The notes: generated by a model not told the origin, from the sequence alone. A stretch of DNA of 64,000 bases from Chloroflexota bacterium (GCA_027623675.1 JAQBVF010000001.1:117497-181496), one strand, 5' to 3'. Counted from the first letter of the stretch, positions 10,397 to 21,531 are shown. Translations and numbers: made by a program.

Positions 10397-11227
10397 CTAC
10401 AGATCAACGGGTCTGAGATAGCCCATCTCACCGCGGCGCTCAAGATATCCCGCTTTGATATCGTGGCCGTGGGAGAAGACCAACAACCAGCCCTGTTGTT
10501 CGGCTTGGGTCAACAGGTCCCGCTTCTGCTCCAGAGTTACCTCGGGAGAGCTATCGAAGGCGGAAATAGCCACCAGGTTCAGGTGATGGGGCGTGGGGAC
10601 CAGGTCTCCAAGAAACACCACCCGCTCGCCGCCGTGGTTGAACATGACCATCTGATGACCTGAGGCATGGCCGTCGGTGACTATCGCGTTCAGTCCGGGG
10701 AGAATCTCTGAATCGCCGTCCAGCAGTTCCAGCTGACCCCGCTCTTCTATGGGCAGGAAGTTCTCCGACCGGTGCGCTCCGTTGCAACGCTCATTGGGAT
10801 TGCAGGCTTCGTCCCAGCATTCCCGCTGCACGTAGTACTTGGCCTTGGGGAAGGTTGGCACCAGATTGCCGGCGCGGTCCAGACGGGTGCATCCGCCAGA
10901 ATGGTCGAAATGCAGGTGGGACAGCACCACCGCGCTGATGTCCTTGGGGGTCAGGCCGACGCCCTTCAATCCCTTCAGGAGGCGGCTGGGCACCAGGCCG
11001 AGGTTCTCTTTGTCCTGGTCCACTTCTTTGGAGCCGATCCCCGTATCCACCAGAACGTTCTGTCCGGCCACTTGCAGCAGCAGACAGTTCAGTCCCAGCG
11101 TCATCCGGTTCTTGCGGTCGGTGACCACGCTGCCTTCCCAGGCAACCTTCGGCACCTGACCGAACATGGACCCCCCGTCCATCTTGATTACTCCATCACT
11201 GATGATCTTTACAGCTGTAGACATCAT
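10397..11227 (-). CDS. MBL-fold metallo-hydrolase (YtnP-like)
   Basis: DGGSMFGQVPK..W, SHLHFDHSGG, GHASGHQ. Confidence 0.9.
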   Translation of the reverse strand: MMSTAVKIISDGVIKMDGGSMFGQVPKVAWEGSVVTDRKNRMTLGLNCLLLQVAGQNVLVDTGIGSKEVDQDKENLGLVPSRLLKGLKGVGLTPKDISAVVLSHLHFDHSGGCTRLDRAGNLVPTFPKAKYYVQRECWDEACNPNERCNGAHRSENFLPIEERGQLELLDGDSEILPGLNAIVTDGHASGHQMVMFNHGGERVVFLGDLVPTPHHLNLVAISAFDSSPEVTLEQKRDLLTQAEQQGWLLVFSHGHDIKAGYLERRGEMGYLRPVDL

Positions 11228-11507
11228 CGTTACACACAACCCCTCATTCAATTATTATTGAACGTTCCGCCCCGCCCGGTGCCGTGACCAATAAGGGTTC
11301 CGAAGTTGACCCGAAGTGTCTCATCAGAGATTGCCGAAGAAGAGAGAATAGTGCTGATGACCGCGAGTATGGTCTACCGGGTTGGTTCTGGCGGGCCCGT
11401 TCTGCAGATACTATGTATTGTTTTGACCGTTGGTTTTCGATCGCTTATGTTTTAAGTAGCTTATGTTTATATCCTTATGATTACCTCCCGTACTTTCCCT
11501 TTTAGAC

Positions 11508-11545
11508 AAAAATAGCCGGGGTCCGATACCATCGGCCACCGGCTA
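11508..11545 (-). terminator. Intrinsic terminator inside a long intergenic region
   Basis: Minus strand tagccggtggccgatggtatcggaccccggcta followed by ttttt. Confidence 0.65.
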
Positions 11546-11614
11546 GAGCTAACGCTGACGCTAAGTAAGGCCACACCACACACGCCCACTCTCTCTCGTT
11601 GACCCAATTAGCAG

Positions 11615-11643
11615 ATTAATGTAAGAGCGCCGCCGCCTGTCAA
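11615..11643 (-). promoter_or_regulatory. Sigma70-like promoter
   Basis: Minus strand TTGACA-17 nt-ATTAAT. Confidence 0.45.
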
Positions 11644-11906
11644 GGGGGAAATACACGACTTTGAGGTCAGTATTCGGTGGAATATTAAACTTATTTAAGG
11701 CTTGGGTCAAATCCACGCCTGGGGCTCCGACGTTATGTATACCTTGCCGTTTAAGGGTGGACCCTTTTTGGCCGATTTTAGAGATGCTATACTAGCCGGA
11801 TTCCGATACTGACCATCACCAAAAACCGGGGGGAAACCCGGCGAACACCCGGCCGCATTGCCCACCGCCGTACCAGCAGAACGGCCGTTGAACGAGAGGC
11901 TTCGAC

Positions 11907-13325
11907 ATGGAGAAAGACCGGAAAGAGACCACCGAGTTAGGACTGATCGGCCACCTGATGCGGAGGGCTGGATTCGGCGCCACGCTCCAAGAGTTGGAAG
12001 CGTACCAAGCCAAGGGGTACGAGGCCACCGTGGAGGAGTTGATTCACCCCGAAGACGCACCCGAATGGAACGACGACCTGGTACGCCGCTACCAGCCCGA
12101 CCAGAACAGCATCATGTACTTCGAGAGCGCCCAGGCTTATTGGATGTACAGGATGATCAATTCCAAACGCCCCTTAGAGGAAAAGATCGCCCTGTTCTGG
12201 CACGGCCTCTTCGCCACCGCCTACGGTAAGCTGAACCACGCTAAGGGCGTGGTCAACCAGACCGATACCTTCCGCCGTCACGGCCTGGGGACCTTCCACG
12301 ATATATTGACGGAGCTGTCCAAGGACCCGGCCATGATCTTCTGGCTGGACAACAAGGACAACCATAAGGATGCCCCCAATGAGAACTACGGACGGGAGCT
12401 TCTGGAGCTCTTTTCCATGGGCATCGGCAACTACACCGAAGCCGACGTGAAGAGTTGCGCCAGGGCCTTCACCGGGTGGACCATCGCCAACCAGGACTAC
12501 ATGAGCGTCCGCGCCGCCCGGGACTCCATCTGGCCTTCGGGACGCATCGATTGGCAGTTCGAGTACAAGCCCGAAGACCACGACGAGACCGAAAAAGAGT
12601 TCCTGGGCCGCACCGGCAACTTCAACGGCGAAGACGTCATCGACATCGTTGCCATGCGCCCGGCCACCAGTTGGTTCATAGCCGGCAAGCTGTACGCCTA
12701 CTTCGTCTCCGACACCTCCAATGAGGAGGCGACAGCGTTCCTGGCCGAGGAGTACCGCAAGTCAGGCGGCGACATCCGCTCCATGCTGCGGGCCTTGTTC
12801 CTGTCGGACTATTTCAAGTCGGAGGATGTCTGGTACGCCAAGATCAAGAGCCCTACAGAACTGGTTGTGGGCACGGCCCGGTTGGCCGGCAGTTACCAGA
12901 CCCCCCAATGGGATATCACCAACCTGGCCAGCGACGCCAATTTCATGGGCCAAGAGATACTTAATCCGCCCACCGTTGAGGGCTGGCACACCGGCACCGA
13001 GTGGGTGGACACCGGGACTCTGGTGGAGCGGGTGAACTCGACGGCGTTGGTCATTGGCGACGCCCTGCAGCCGGGGGTCCGGGACATGATCCAGCGGCTC
13101 AAAGACCGCCAAGACACCTATCAGCCGGACGAGCTGGTTGACGCCTGCCTGCTCTTGTCCGGAGGCCTGGAGGTGTCGCACGGAACCCATCAGCGCCTGG
13201 TGGAATTCGCCGCCAACTGGGGCGAGGTGAGTTTCACTCCCGAAGACGCCGTCGCCTGCTCCGAACAGCGGGTCGTCGAGCTGCTCCAAGTGGTCCTAGC
13301 CACCCGCGAATACCAGATGGCCTAG
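11907..13325 (+). CDS. DUF1800 family protein
   Basis: HLMRRAGFG, EKIALFWHGLFAT, PAMIFWLDN..N....PNENYGRELLELFSMG, ARAFTGW, PPTVEGW. Confidence 0.9.
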   Translation: MEKDRKETTELGLIGHLMRRAGFGATLQELEAYQAKGYEATVEELIHPEDAPEWNDDLVRRYQPDQNSIMYFESAQAYWMYRMINSKRPLEEKIALFWHGLFATAYGKLNHAKGVVNQTDTFRRHGLGTFHDILTELSKDPAMIFWLDNKDNHKDAPNENYGRELLELFSMGIGNYTEADVKSCARAFTGWTIANQDYMSVRAARDSIWPSGRIDWQFEYKPEDHDETEKEFLGRTGNFNGEDVIDIVAMRPATSWFIAGKLYAYFVSDTSNEEATAFLAEEYRKSGGDIRSMLRALFLSDYFKSEDVWYAKIKSPTELVVGTARLAGSYQTPQWDITNLASDANFMGQEILNPPTVEGWHTGTEWVDTGTLVERVNSTALVIGDALQPGVRDMIQRLKDRQDTYQPDELVDACLLLSGGLEVSHGTHQRLVEFAANWGEVSFTPEDAVACSEQRVVELLQVVLATREYQMA

Positions 13326-13371
13326 GGGCCTGGCGCACTTCTGTGCCCGGCTCGCTAGCAGAAGCAACCAA

Positions 13372-13489
13372 GCTTGTTGTCACCCCGAGTGCTTGTTGTC
13401 ACCCCGAGTGCAGCGAGGGGTCTCGTTGCCAAAGTCGAACCAGGCTTCATCCAGCGATGGGATTCCTCGGCTCCGGCCTCGGAATGACA
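13372..13489. repeat. REP/MITE-like inverted palindrome pair with a 19-bp tandem duplication
   Basis: gcttgttgtcaccccgagt twice (13372-13409); gtcaccccgagtgcagcgaggggtctc is inverted relative to gggattcctcggctccggcctcggaatgac. Confidence 0.7.
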
Positions 13490-13532
13490 GGCTGGTGAGG
13501 CAGGTTTCCAATCCTGTGACTGGACACAACCA

Positions 13533-14546
13533 ATGACCACCACCAAGACATTCACCTATAGCCACACCATCGGCTTTCTGGCCGCCACGGGACGGGGCTT
13601 CACCAACCCGGTGGACCTGGCCATCAACTCCCAGGGCGTGATCTACGTGTTGAACCGGGCGGGGCCTGAAACGCCCATCCGCTTGCCCTCCAAACGGGTC
13701 ACCATGTGCAACCTGAACGAGGACTGGTTCGGAGACTTCGGCGTTGGCGGCACCGGCGACGGGGAATTCTGGTGGCCCAGTTCCATCGCGATCGACAGCC
13801 AAGACCGGGTCTACGTCTCCGACGAGGGCCTGCAGCGCATCTCGGTCTTCGACAAGGACGGAACGTTCCTGAGCAAATGGGGTGAGAAGGGCTCCGGCGC
13901 CGGGCAGCTTGAATATCCCTCCAGCCTGGCCTTCGACGCCGAAGACAACCTGTACCTGGCCGACAGCGGCAACCACCGGGTGCAGAAATTCACATCCGAC
14001 GGCCGGTTCATATCGGCCTGGGGCCAGAGAGGCAGCGATCCCGGCCAGTTCGAAGGACCCTGGGGGTTGGCCTTGGCCGGTTCCGGTAACGTCTACATCT
14101 CCGATTGGGGGAACGACCGCATCCAGCGGTACGCCACGGACGGCCGGTTGATCGAGGAGTTCCCCGCGCTTCCAGAAGGCCAGGCCATTCACCGGCCGGC
14201 CGGACTAACGGTGGACGACGATGGCAACATCTATGTAGCCGACTGGGGCAACGAACGGGTGAAGATAATCGGCCCGGACGGTAGTTTGCTGGCGTCGCTT
14301 CGAGGCGAGTCGGTGGACTCCAAGTGGGCGGCTGATTACTTCGAAGCCAACCCCGAGGAAGGACGGCTACGCTACGAGGCCGACCTGGTGCCCGAATTAG
14401 ACCCGCCGGCCCGGCGCGACCGGGAGATATCCGCCGGAGTGGAGAGCTACTTCTGGGGACCCACGGCGGTCAAGCTAGACGGCCAAGGCCGCCTATACGT
14501 CGCCGACAGCCTGCGCCACCGGCTGCAGGTCTACCAGAGCAATTAA
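13533..14546 (+). CDS. NHL-repeat beta-propeller protein
   Basis: Repeated F..P..IA.D..GNVYVSD.GN.RIQ.F units. Confidence 0.9.
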   Translation: MTTTKTFTYSHTIGFLAATGRGFTNPVDLAINSQGVIYVLNRAGPETPIRLPSKRVTMCNLNEDWFGDFGVGGTGDGEFWWPSSIAIDSQDRVYVSDEGLQRISVFDKDGTFLSKWGEKGSGAGQLEYPSSLAFDAEDNLYLADSGNHRVQKFTSDGRFISAWGQRGSDPGQFEGPWGLALAGSGNVYISDWGNDRIQRYATDGRLIEEFPALPEGQAIHRPAGLTVDDDGNIYVADWGNERVKIIGPDGSLLASLRGESVDSKWAADYFEANPEEGRLRYEADLVPELDPPARRDREISAGVESYFWGPTAVKLDGQGRLYVADSLRHRLQVYQSN

Positions 14547-14558
14547 TGGCCGGAACGC

Positions 14559-16253
14559 CTAGCGGACTTTGCGGCGGGCCTGGTCCATGCGGGCCCAGGT
14601 GTCCCGGAGCGCCACCGTGCGGTTGAAGACCGGGGCCTCGGGCGTGGAGTCCAGGTCGACGCAGAAATAGCCCTGCCGCAGGAATTGGAACCGCTCTCCC
14701 GGCTTGGCTTGGTCCAGTCCCTGCTCCAGCTTGCAACCCCGCAACACGACCAACGACTCGGGGTTAAGATTGTCTTTGAAATCACCGCCCTCCGGCAGGT
14801 CGTCGGGGTCTTCGGTGACGAACAGGTGGTCGTAGATCCGGACCTCCGCATCCACCGCCTGTTCCGCCGACACCCAATGGGAGGTGCCCCGGACCTTTCT
14901 GCCGTCGGCAGAAGTTCCCCCGTAGGTTTCCGGGTCGTAGGTGCAACGCAGCTCGGTGATCTCGCCGGTGGCCTCGTCTTTCACCACGCCGGTACAGGTG
15001 ATGTAGTAGGCGTCTTTGAGCCGTATCTCCCGGCCTGGCGACAGGCGGTAGAACTTGGGCGGCGGGTCCTCGCTGAAATCGTCCCTCTCGATGTACACGG
15101 TGCGGGAGAAGAGGACCGGCCGCTCGCCCATGCTCATATCTTCCGGGTTGTTCACCGACATGATCTCTTCGGATCTGCCCTCAGGGTAGTTCTCGATGAC
15201 CACCTTCAGCGGGTCCAGCACGCCCATGACCCTGGGCGACCGCTTATTCAGGTCGTCCCGCAGGGCATGCTCCAACAGGGATATCTCAACCGTGTTGTCG
15301 CGCCGGGCCACGCCGATGCGGTCGCAGAACTCCCGGATCGCCTCGGGCGTGTAGCCCCGGCGGCGCAGCCCCGAGAGGGTGGGCATGCGCGGGTCGTCCC
15401 AGCCGTTCACGTAGCCGCCGTTCACCAATTCCATCAACCGCCGCTTGCTGAGGACCGTGTGAGTGATGTTCAGCCTCGCGAACTCGATCTGCTGCGAGTG
15501 GTAGATGCCCAGCTCGTCCAGGAACCAGTCATATAGGGGGCGATGGACCTCAAACTCCAGCGTGCAGACGGAGTGGGTGACGCCCTCGATGGAGTCCGAC
15601 TGGCCGTGGGCGAAGTCGTACATCGGGTAGATGGGCCATTCGTCGCCGGTGCGGTGGTGGGACTGTTTCAGGATGCGGTACATCACCGGGTCCCGCAGGT
15701 TCAGGTTGTTGGCGGCCATGTCTATCTTGGCCCGAAGCACGCGGGCGCCTTCCTCGAACTCTCCGGCCCGCATGCGGTGGAACAGGTCCAGGTTCTCCTC
15801 GACGGACCGGTTGCGGAAGGGGCTCTCTTTGCCGGGCTCCGTCAGCGTGCCCCGCGTTTCCCGGATCTCCTCGGGGCTGAGATCGCAAACGTAGGCCTTG
15901 CCGGCTTCGATCAGTTGGATGGCGAATTCGTACAGCTTGCCGAAGTAGTCCGAAGCGTAGTACAGGTTCTCGCCCCAGTCCCAACCCAGCCAGCGCACGT
16001 CCTCCATGATAGATTCGACGTATTCCGTCTCCTCCCTGCTGGGATTGGTGTCGTCGAAGCGCAGGTTACAGGTGCCCCCGAACTCAGCCGCCAGCCCAAA
16101 GTTCAGGCAGACCGACTTGGCGTGGCCGATGTGGAGATAGCCGTTGGGCTCGGGGGGGAACCGGGTGACCACCCGTCCGCCGAACTTCCCGGACTTGATG
16201 TCGTCGGCGACTATGCTGCGTACGAAGTCCACCGATGTTTCAGTCTGTGTCAT
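14559..16253 (-). CDS. glnS: Glutamine--tRNA ligase
   Basis: [57 protein letters not shown]. Confidence 0.97.
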   Translation of the reverse strand: MTQTETSVDFVRSIVADDIKSGKFGGRVVTRFPPEPNGYLHIGHAKSVCLNFGLAAEFGGTCNLRFDDTNPSREETEYVESIMEDVRWLGWDWGENLYYASDYFGKLYEFAIQLIEAGKAYVCDLSPEEIRETRGTLTEPGKESPFRNRSVEENLDLFHRMRAGEFEEGARVLRAKIDMAANNLNLRDPVMYRILKQSHHRTGDEWPIYPMYDFAHGQSDSIEGVTHSVCTLEFEVHRPLYDWFLDELGIYHSQQIEFARLNITHTVLSKRRLMELVNGGYVNGWDDPRMPTLSGLRRRGYTPEAIREFCDRIGVARRDNTVEISLLEHALRDDLNKRSPRVMGVLDPLKVVIENYPEGRSEEIMSVNNPEDMSMGERPVLFSRTVYIERDDFSEDPPPKFYRLSPGREIRLKDAYYITCTGVVKDEATGEITELRCTYDPETYGGTSADGRKVRGTSHWVSAEQAVDAEVRIYDHLFVTEDPDDLPEGGDFKDNLNPESLVVLRGCKLEQGLDQAKPGERFQFLRQGYFCVDLDSTPEAPVFNRTVALRDTWARMDQARRKVR

Positions 16254-16373
16254 TATCGTGTCGTCCTAAGTATCTTGCGGGTGGCCGTCCGTCTGGCTTG
16301 CCGCCCCGGACCATTCTTTCTCGTTCTTTCGTTGATGGCCTGGATGGCCGGTGGCCGTCCATCTATTCGGCGG

Positions 16374-17843
16374 CTATCCGGAGGCGCTCAACCGTTCCAG
16401 CGCGTTCTTCAAGCGGCTCACGGTACGGTCCTTGCCCAAAACTTCCAGCATCTCGAACAGCGGAGGCGAAACCGCCCGGCCGGTGGCGGCAACCCGCAGC
16501 ACGCCGAAGAACTGGCGGCGCGACAGTGAAAGCCGCTCACCGGTGGCATTCAGCATCTCTTCCAGTTTCTCATGCTGATAATCGTCTGTGGCGCTAAGGT
16601 CAGCCAAAGCGGCTTTGAGGGCCGCTAGCGTCATGTCCCGGTCCATGCCTTTCTGAATGATTGTCCCCGTATCGAAATTTTCGTCGGCTTTGAAGAAGTA
16701 AGACGTCATGTCAGCCGACTCGTCCAACCGCTTGATGCGCTCTTGGACCAGCGGGGCGATCCGGCGCAGGTATTCCTCGTCCACCGGGAGCATGTCCTTG
16801 GGCAGGTCTCGCTCCAAGAACGGCATCATCCGGCTGGCGAGCTCTTCCGGGGTCAACTCCCGGATGTACACCCCGTTCATCCAGAGCAGTTTCTCCTGGT
16901 CGAAGATGGCCGACGACTTGGTGACCCGGTCCAGGGTGAAGTTTTCGATAACGGTCTGTATGGGAACAACATCCGTTTTGTCGTCCAGCGCCCACCCCAA
17001 GAGCAGCATGAAGTTGGTCAACGCCTCGGGCAGGTAACCGTCGACCTGATACTCGCCGATGGCGGTCGCGCCGTGACGCTTTGAGAGCTTAGCCCGGTCC
17101 GGCCCCATGATCATGGGCAGGTGGGCGAACTCTGGCGGCTCGAACCCCAGGGCGTAGAAGAGTTGCAGATGGCGTGGTGTGCTGGGCAGCCACTCCTCGG
17201 CGCGCATGATGTGGCTGATCTTCATCAGATTGTCGTCGGCCACCACGGCCAGGTGGTAGGTGGGGAAGCCGTCGGACTTCAAGATGATGAAGTCGTTCTG
17301 AGTCTCGTTACGCCACTCGACCTCGCCCCTGATCAGGTCTTTGACCCTGGTAACCCCTTCTCTGGGCATGGCGAACCGGATGACCTTGGAGTCGGTCCCG
17401 GCGCTCAGCTTGGCGATCTCGTCTTTACTCAGTTCGCGGCAGTGGCAATCGGCGCTGGCCGAGGTGCGCCGGTCGCGTTGCCGCCCGTCATCTTGGGCCG
17501 GCCGTTCCTGGCTGCAGAAACAATGATAGGCGTTGCCCTCGGAAACCAGCTTGTCGGCAAGGTCATGGTAGATCTGCAGCCGTTCCGACTGGTAATAAGG
17601 GCCGTAGGGTCCGCCCACCTCCGGGCCCTCATCCCAATCGATGTTCAACCAGCGCAGGCCCTCCAACATTGCTTCGATGGACCCCGGAACCAAACGCGCC
17701 TGGTCGGTGTCTTCGACCCTGACGATGAACTTACCGCCGTTGTGACGGGCAAAAAGCCAGTTGAAGAGGGCAGTCCGGATGTTGCCGATGTGGGGCAGTC
17801 CGGTGGGGCTGGGGGCGAACCGGACGCGGACTTCTCCGGGCAA
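16374..17843 (-). CDS. gltX: Glutamate--tRNA ligase
   Basis: VRVRFAPSPTGLPHIGN, KLSKRHG; TTG start after GGAG. Confidence 0.96.
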   Translation of the reverse strand: MPGEVRVRFAPSPTGLPHIGNIRTALFNWLFARHNGGKFIVRVEDTDQARLVPGSIEAMLEGLRWLNIDWDEGPEVGGPYGPYYQSERLQIYHDLADKLVSEGNAYHCFCSQERPAQDDGRQRDRRTSASADCHCRELSKDEIAKLSAGTDSKVIRFAMPREGVTRVKDLIRGEVEWRNETQNDFIILKSDGFPTYHLAVVADDNLMKISHIMRAEEWLPSTPRHLQLFYALGFEPPEFAHLPMIMGPDRAKLSKRHGATAIGEYQVDGYLPEALTNFMLLLGWALDDKTDVVPIQTVIENFTLDRVTKSSAIFDQEKLLWMNGVYIRELTPEELASRMMPFLERDLPKDMLPVDEEYLRRIAPLVQERIKRLDESADMTSYFFKADENFDTGTIIQKGMDRDMTLAALKAALADLSATDDYQHEKLEEMLNATGERLSLSRRQFFGVLRVAATGRAVSPPLFEMLEVLGKDRTVSRLKNALERLSASG

Positions 17844-17942
17844 ATCGATTCTCCACGGCGAAGATATGGGCAGACAATATTGTAGCATGGTTCACGACTG
17901 GTCTCGTGCCTGGAAACGCCTGGTTGGGGCGAGAGCCGGCCG

Positions 17943-18848
17943 TCAGCGGAGGGCGTCGATAGCTGGGAGCAGATCGGGCGGGAGGCTACTACGGAACTCT
18001 AGGGGTTCTCCGCTCAGCGGGTGGTTGAAGCCCAGGTGGAAGGCGTGCAGGAAGTGGCGGTCGACCAAGGGACTGGCTTTGCCGTAGGTGGTGTCGCCGA
18101 CCAGCGGATGGCCGATGTGCGCCATGTGTACCCTGATCTGGTGGGTGCGGCCGGTCTCCAGGTAAAGCTCCAACAGACTGTGTTCGCGGAAGCTCTCCCG
18201 CACGGTGTAGCTGGTCCGGGCCTCTTTCCCCCCAACAACCACCGCCATGCGGGTGCGGCGGCGCGGGTGGCGGCCGATGGGAGCGTCCACCTTGCCATTG
18301 GATGGGGTTGGTTTCCCTTCGACCAGGCCCAGGTAACCCTTGGTGACCCGGCGGGCCTTGATCTGGGCGGAGAGGTCGGTGTGAGCCTCGTGGGTCTTGG
18401 CCACCATCATCAACCCCGAGGTGTCCTTGTCCAGACGGTGCACTATGCCGGGCCGTATCTCGCCGCCGATGCCCTTGATGTCGGGACACATGGCCAGCAG
18501 GGCGTTGACCAAGGTGCTGTCGGGATGCCCCGGTCCGGGATGGACGGCCAGCCCGGCGGGTTTGTCGATCACCACCAAATATTGGTCCTGGTAGACCACG
18601 TTCACCGGGATGTCTTGGGCCACCACACCGGCGGGCCGGGGCGGCGGGACGGATAGGGTTACCTGGTCGCCGGACCTGACTTTGTAGGAAGGTTTCGCCG
18701 GTGTTCCGTTGACCAGCGCCTGGCCGTCGGCGATCAGACGCTGCAGTTGACTGCGGGTCAGTCCTGTGTCGAGGCCAACCAGGTATTGGTCCAGGCGGGA
18801 CTCGCCCTTGGATACTTCAAACCGGTGGACCGCAGTCTTCTCTGTCAT
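17943..18848 (-). CDS. rluD: RluA/RluD family pseudouridine synthase with S4 domain
   Basis: RLDQYL S4 domain; KPAGLAVHP; GIVHRLDKDTSG; TGRTHQIRVH. Confidence 0.9.
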   Translation of the reverse strand: MTEKTAVHRFEVSKGESRLDQYLVGLDTGLTRSQLQRLIADGQALVNGTPAKPSYKVRSGDQVTLSVPPPRPAGVVAQDIPVNVVYQDQYLVVIDKPAGLAVHPGPGHPDSTLVNALLAMCPDIKGIGGEIRPGIVHRLDKDTSGLMMVAKTHEAHTDLSAQIKARRVTKGYLGLVEGKPTPSNGKVDAPIGRHPRRRTRMAVVVGGKEARTSYTVRESFREHSLLELYLETGRTHQIRVHMAHIGHPLVGDTTYGKASPLVDRHFLHAFHLGFNHPLSGEPLEFRSSLPPDLLPAIDALR

Positions 18849-18900
18849 GGCTATCAGAACCCAGGCGGCAGCTTCACGCCCATGGCGTTAGTCACCGGGG

Positions 18901-19506
18901 TCAATGCGCCGAGCCGATCAACCGCTCTTTCACTCCGCAGGTGGAACACCGCCAGCCGCCGGCCACCGTGCGCATCTCGCCCTCGCAGACGGGACACCAG
19001 CCGTAGCCGCTGGTGGGGGCGGAGGCTTTGGAGCCCCCTTGGTCGGCGATCAGGAAGATGTAGGCCATAATCACTAGGCCCGTGATGATTGATGCGTCGG
19101 CCATGTTGAAGATCGGCCAGTCGCCCACATCTATGAAATCGGTCACATGGCCCAGCCGCACCCGGTCGATCAGATTGCCGAAAGCCCCGCCCACCTGCAA
19201 TCCCAGGCTAAGCCGCAGGAGGGCGGTCGGGACCCGCTGGCTGCGGTAGATCAAGACCAGGATGGCTATCCCAATCGCGGAGACCAGTATCAGAGGCGTG
19301 TTCTGGTCCTGAAAGATGCCAAAAGCGCTGCCGGTGTTGAAGGTATGGGTGAAGCGGAAGAAACCGGTGTCGGGGAACGACTCGCGGAACAATAGTTGGT
19401 CCCGGACGATCAGCTTGCTGAACTGGTCGATAACAAAGACGATGATAGCCAGTTGAATCAGGACAAAATCTTTGTAGATCGGAGTGCGGGGGTTTTCGGC
19501 GCTCAC
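18901..19506 (-). CDS. lspA: Lipoprotein signal peptidase II with C-terminal zinc ribbon
   Basis: DQFSK, NTGSAFG, GGAFGNLIDR..GHVTDFI, PIFNMADASI; tail CPVC-x11-CSTC. Confidence 0.92.
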   Translation of the reverse strand: MSAENPRTPIYKDFVLIQLAIIVFVIDQFSKLIVRDQLLFRESFPDTGFFRFTHTFNTGSAFGIFQDQNTPLILVSAIGIAILVLIYRSQRVPTALLRLSLGLQVGGAFGNLIDRVRLGHVTDFIDVGDWPIFNMADASIITGLVIMAYIFLIADQGGSKASAPTSGYGWCPVCEGEMRTVAGGWRCSTCGVKERLIGSAH

Positions 19507-19553
19507 GTTATGGTCTCCGGCTGGATGGGACGGTCCGTTTCAAACTCGGGGCG

Positions 19554-20195
19554 CTACTGATACTTAAGCTGTTCGGTATAGAACTTGGCGACTTTCGGCA
19601 CCAGCCGCCCTTCTTGGCCGTACCAAAAATGGTCCACACCGTCGAAGAGCTCAAACTTGGGAGGGTGGTTGAAACTGGCCAGTTCGGCGCTAAGTTGCTC
19701 CGAGTCCACCAGGCGGTCGCGGTCGCCGGTTGTGATGAGCGTGGGCATGTTGGACTCTTTCAGCGGCGATCCTTCGATGGCGCGCATGGGCGGAGAAACC
19801 AGAACGATGGCGTCGGCCTCGCTGTGCAGTTCGCCATGACCTAAGATAACCGAGGTTCCGAATGAATAGCCGGTCAGCCCGGTCTTATCGTTGGTGTCGG
19901 GCCACGCCTTGATCAGGTCTAGAGCGCCCAAAACCTCCTGGAACTCCTTCTCGCCCTTGGTGTGCTCGCCCTCGCTGGCGCCAACCCCGCGGAAGTTGAA
20001 CCGCAGGGTGACGAAACCCTCTTCGACCAGACCCAACGCCAGGGCCAGGACCACATTGTTGTCCATGCTGCCGCCGTGGAGCGGATGGGGATGGCAGATG
20101 ACCACGCCCGGCCAAGGGCCTGCGCCGTCAGGCTGGGTTACCACACCTTCGAATGTCAGTCCTTCGGTCTTGAACGAAACGGCGCTCTGACGCAC
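19554..20195 (-). CDS. Alpha/beta fold hydrolase
   Basis: CHPHPLHGGSMDN, LRFNFRGVG, GYSFG, DHF. Confidence 0.9.
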   Translation of the reverse strand: MRQSAVSFKTEGLTFEGVVTQPDGAGPWPGVVICHPHPLHGGSMDNNVVLALALGLVEEGFVTLRFNFRGVGASEGEHTKGEKEFQEVLGALDLIKAWPDTNDKTGLTGYSFGTSVILGHGELHSEADAIVLVSPPMRAIEGSPLKESNMPTLITTGDRDRLVDSEQLSAELASFNHPPKFELFDGVDHFWYGQEGRLVPKVAKFYTEQLKYQ

Positions 20196-20412
20196 GGCGA
20201 TAACTCCTTGGGTTGGTCTCTTCGGGCTGGTCTCAAGCAGCGTATATCCATCTTAGGTAACCGCCCGACCTTTGGCAAGAAAATGGGGCTCTCCCGGGCT
20301 GCCTAATTGCAGAAGGCTCCCGGCACCGCCTAACACTGAGGGCACACATGGCTTAGTCGTTCCGGTGGAGGGCAGCATCCGTTAGTTTCTCAGGCGCAAT
20401 CCTGCTAGAATA

Positions 20413-20443
20413 CCGGGTAGTTTTTCCGGGTAGTTTTTCCGGG
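20413..20443 (+). repeat. 13-bp tandem repeat in the ltaE leader
   Basis: ccgggtagttttt twice plus ccggg, right after TGcTAGAAT (extended -10, 20403-20411). Confidence 0.8.
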
Positions 20444-20482
20444 CCAAATCTACCGAATCATTTCGAGAAAAGGGATCGTCTA

Positions 20483-21531
<1,049 letters not shown>

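Noticed and set aside
11284..11505. 73-aa ORF in the long intergenic region
   Set aside because: Atypical composition, no RBS and no motif
13372..13411. Possible CRISPR repeat
   Set aside because: Two abutting copies with no spacer, and no cas genes in the window
18855..18903. Short minus-strand peptide LTPVTNAMGVKLPPGF between lspA and rluD
   Set aside because: Only 16 codons with no clear RBS; cannot be supported
20290..20400. Glycine riboswitch upstream of threonine aldolase (tttctcagg)
   Set aside because: The GGAGA...CCGAAG core is missing, and the likely promoter -10 lies downstream of this segment
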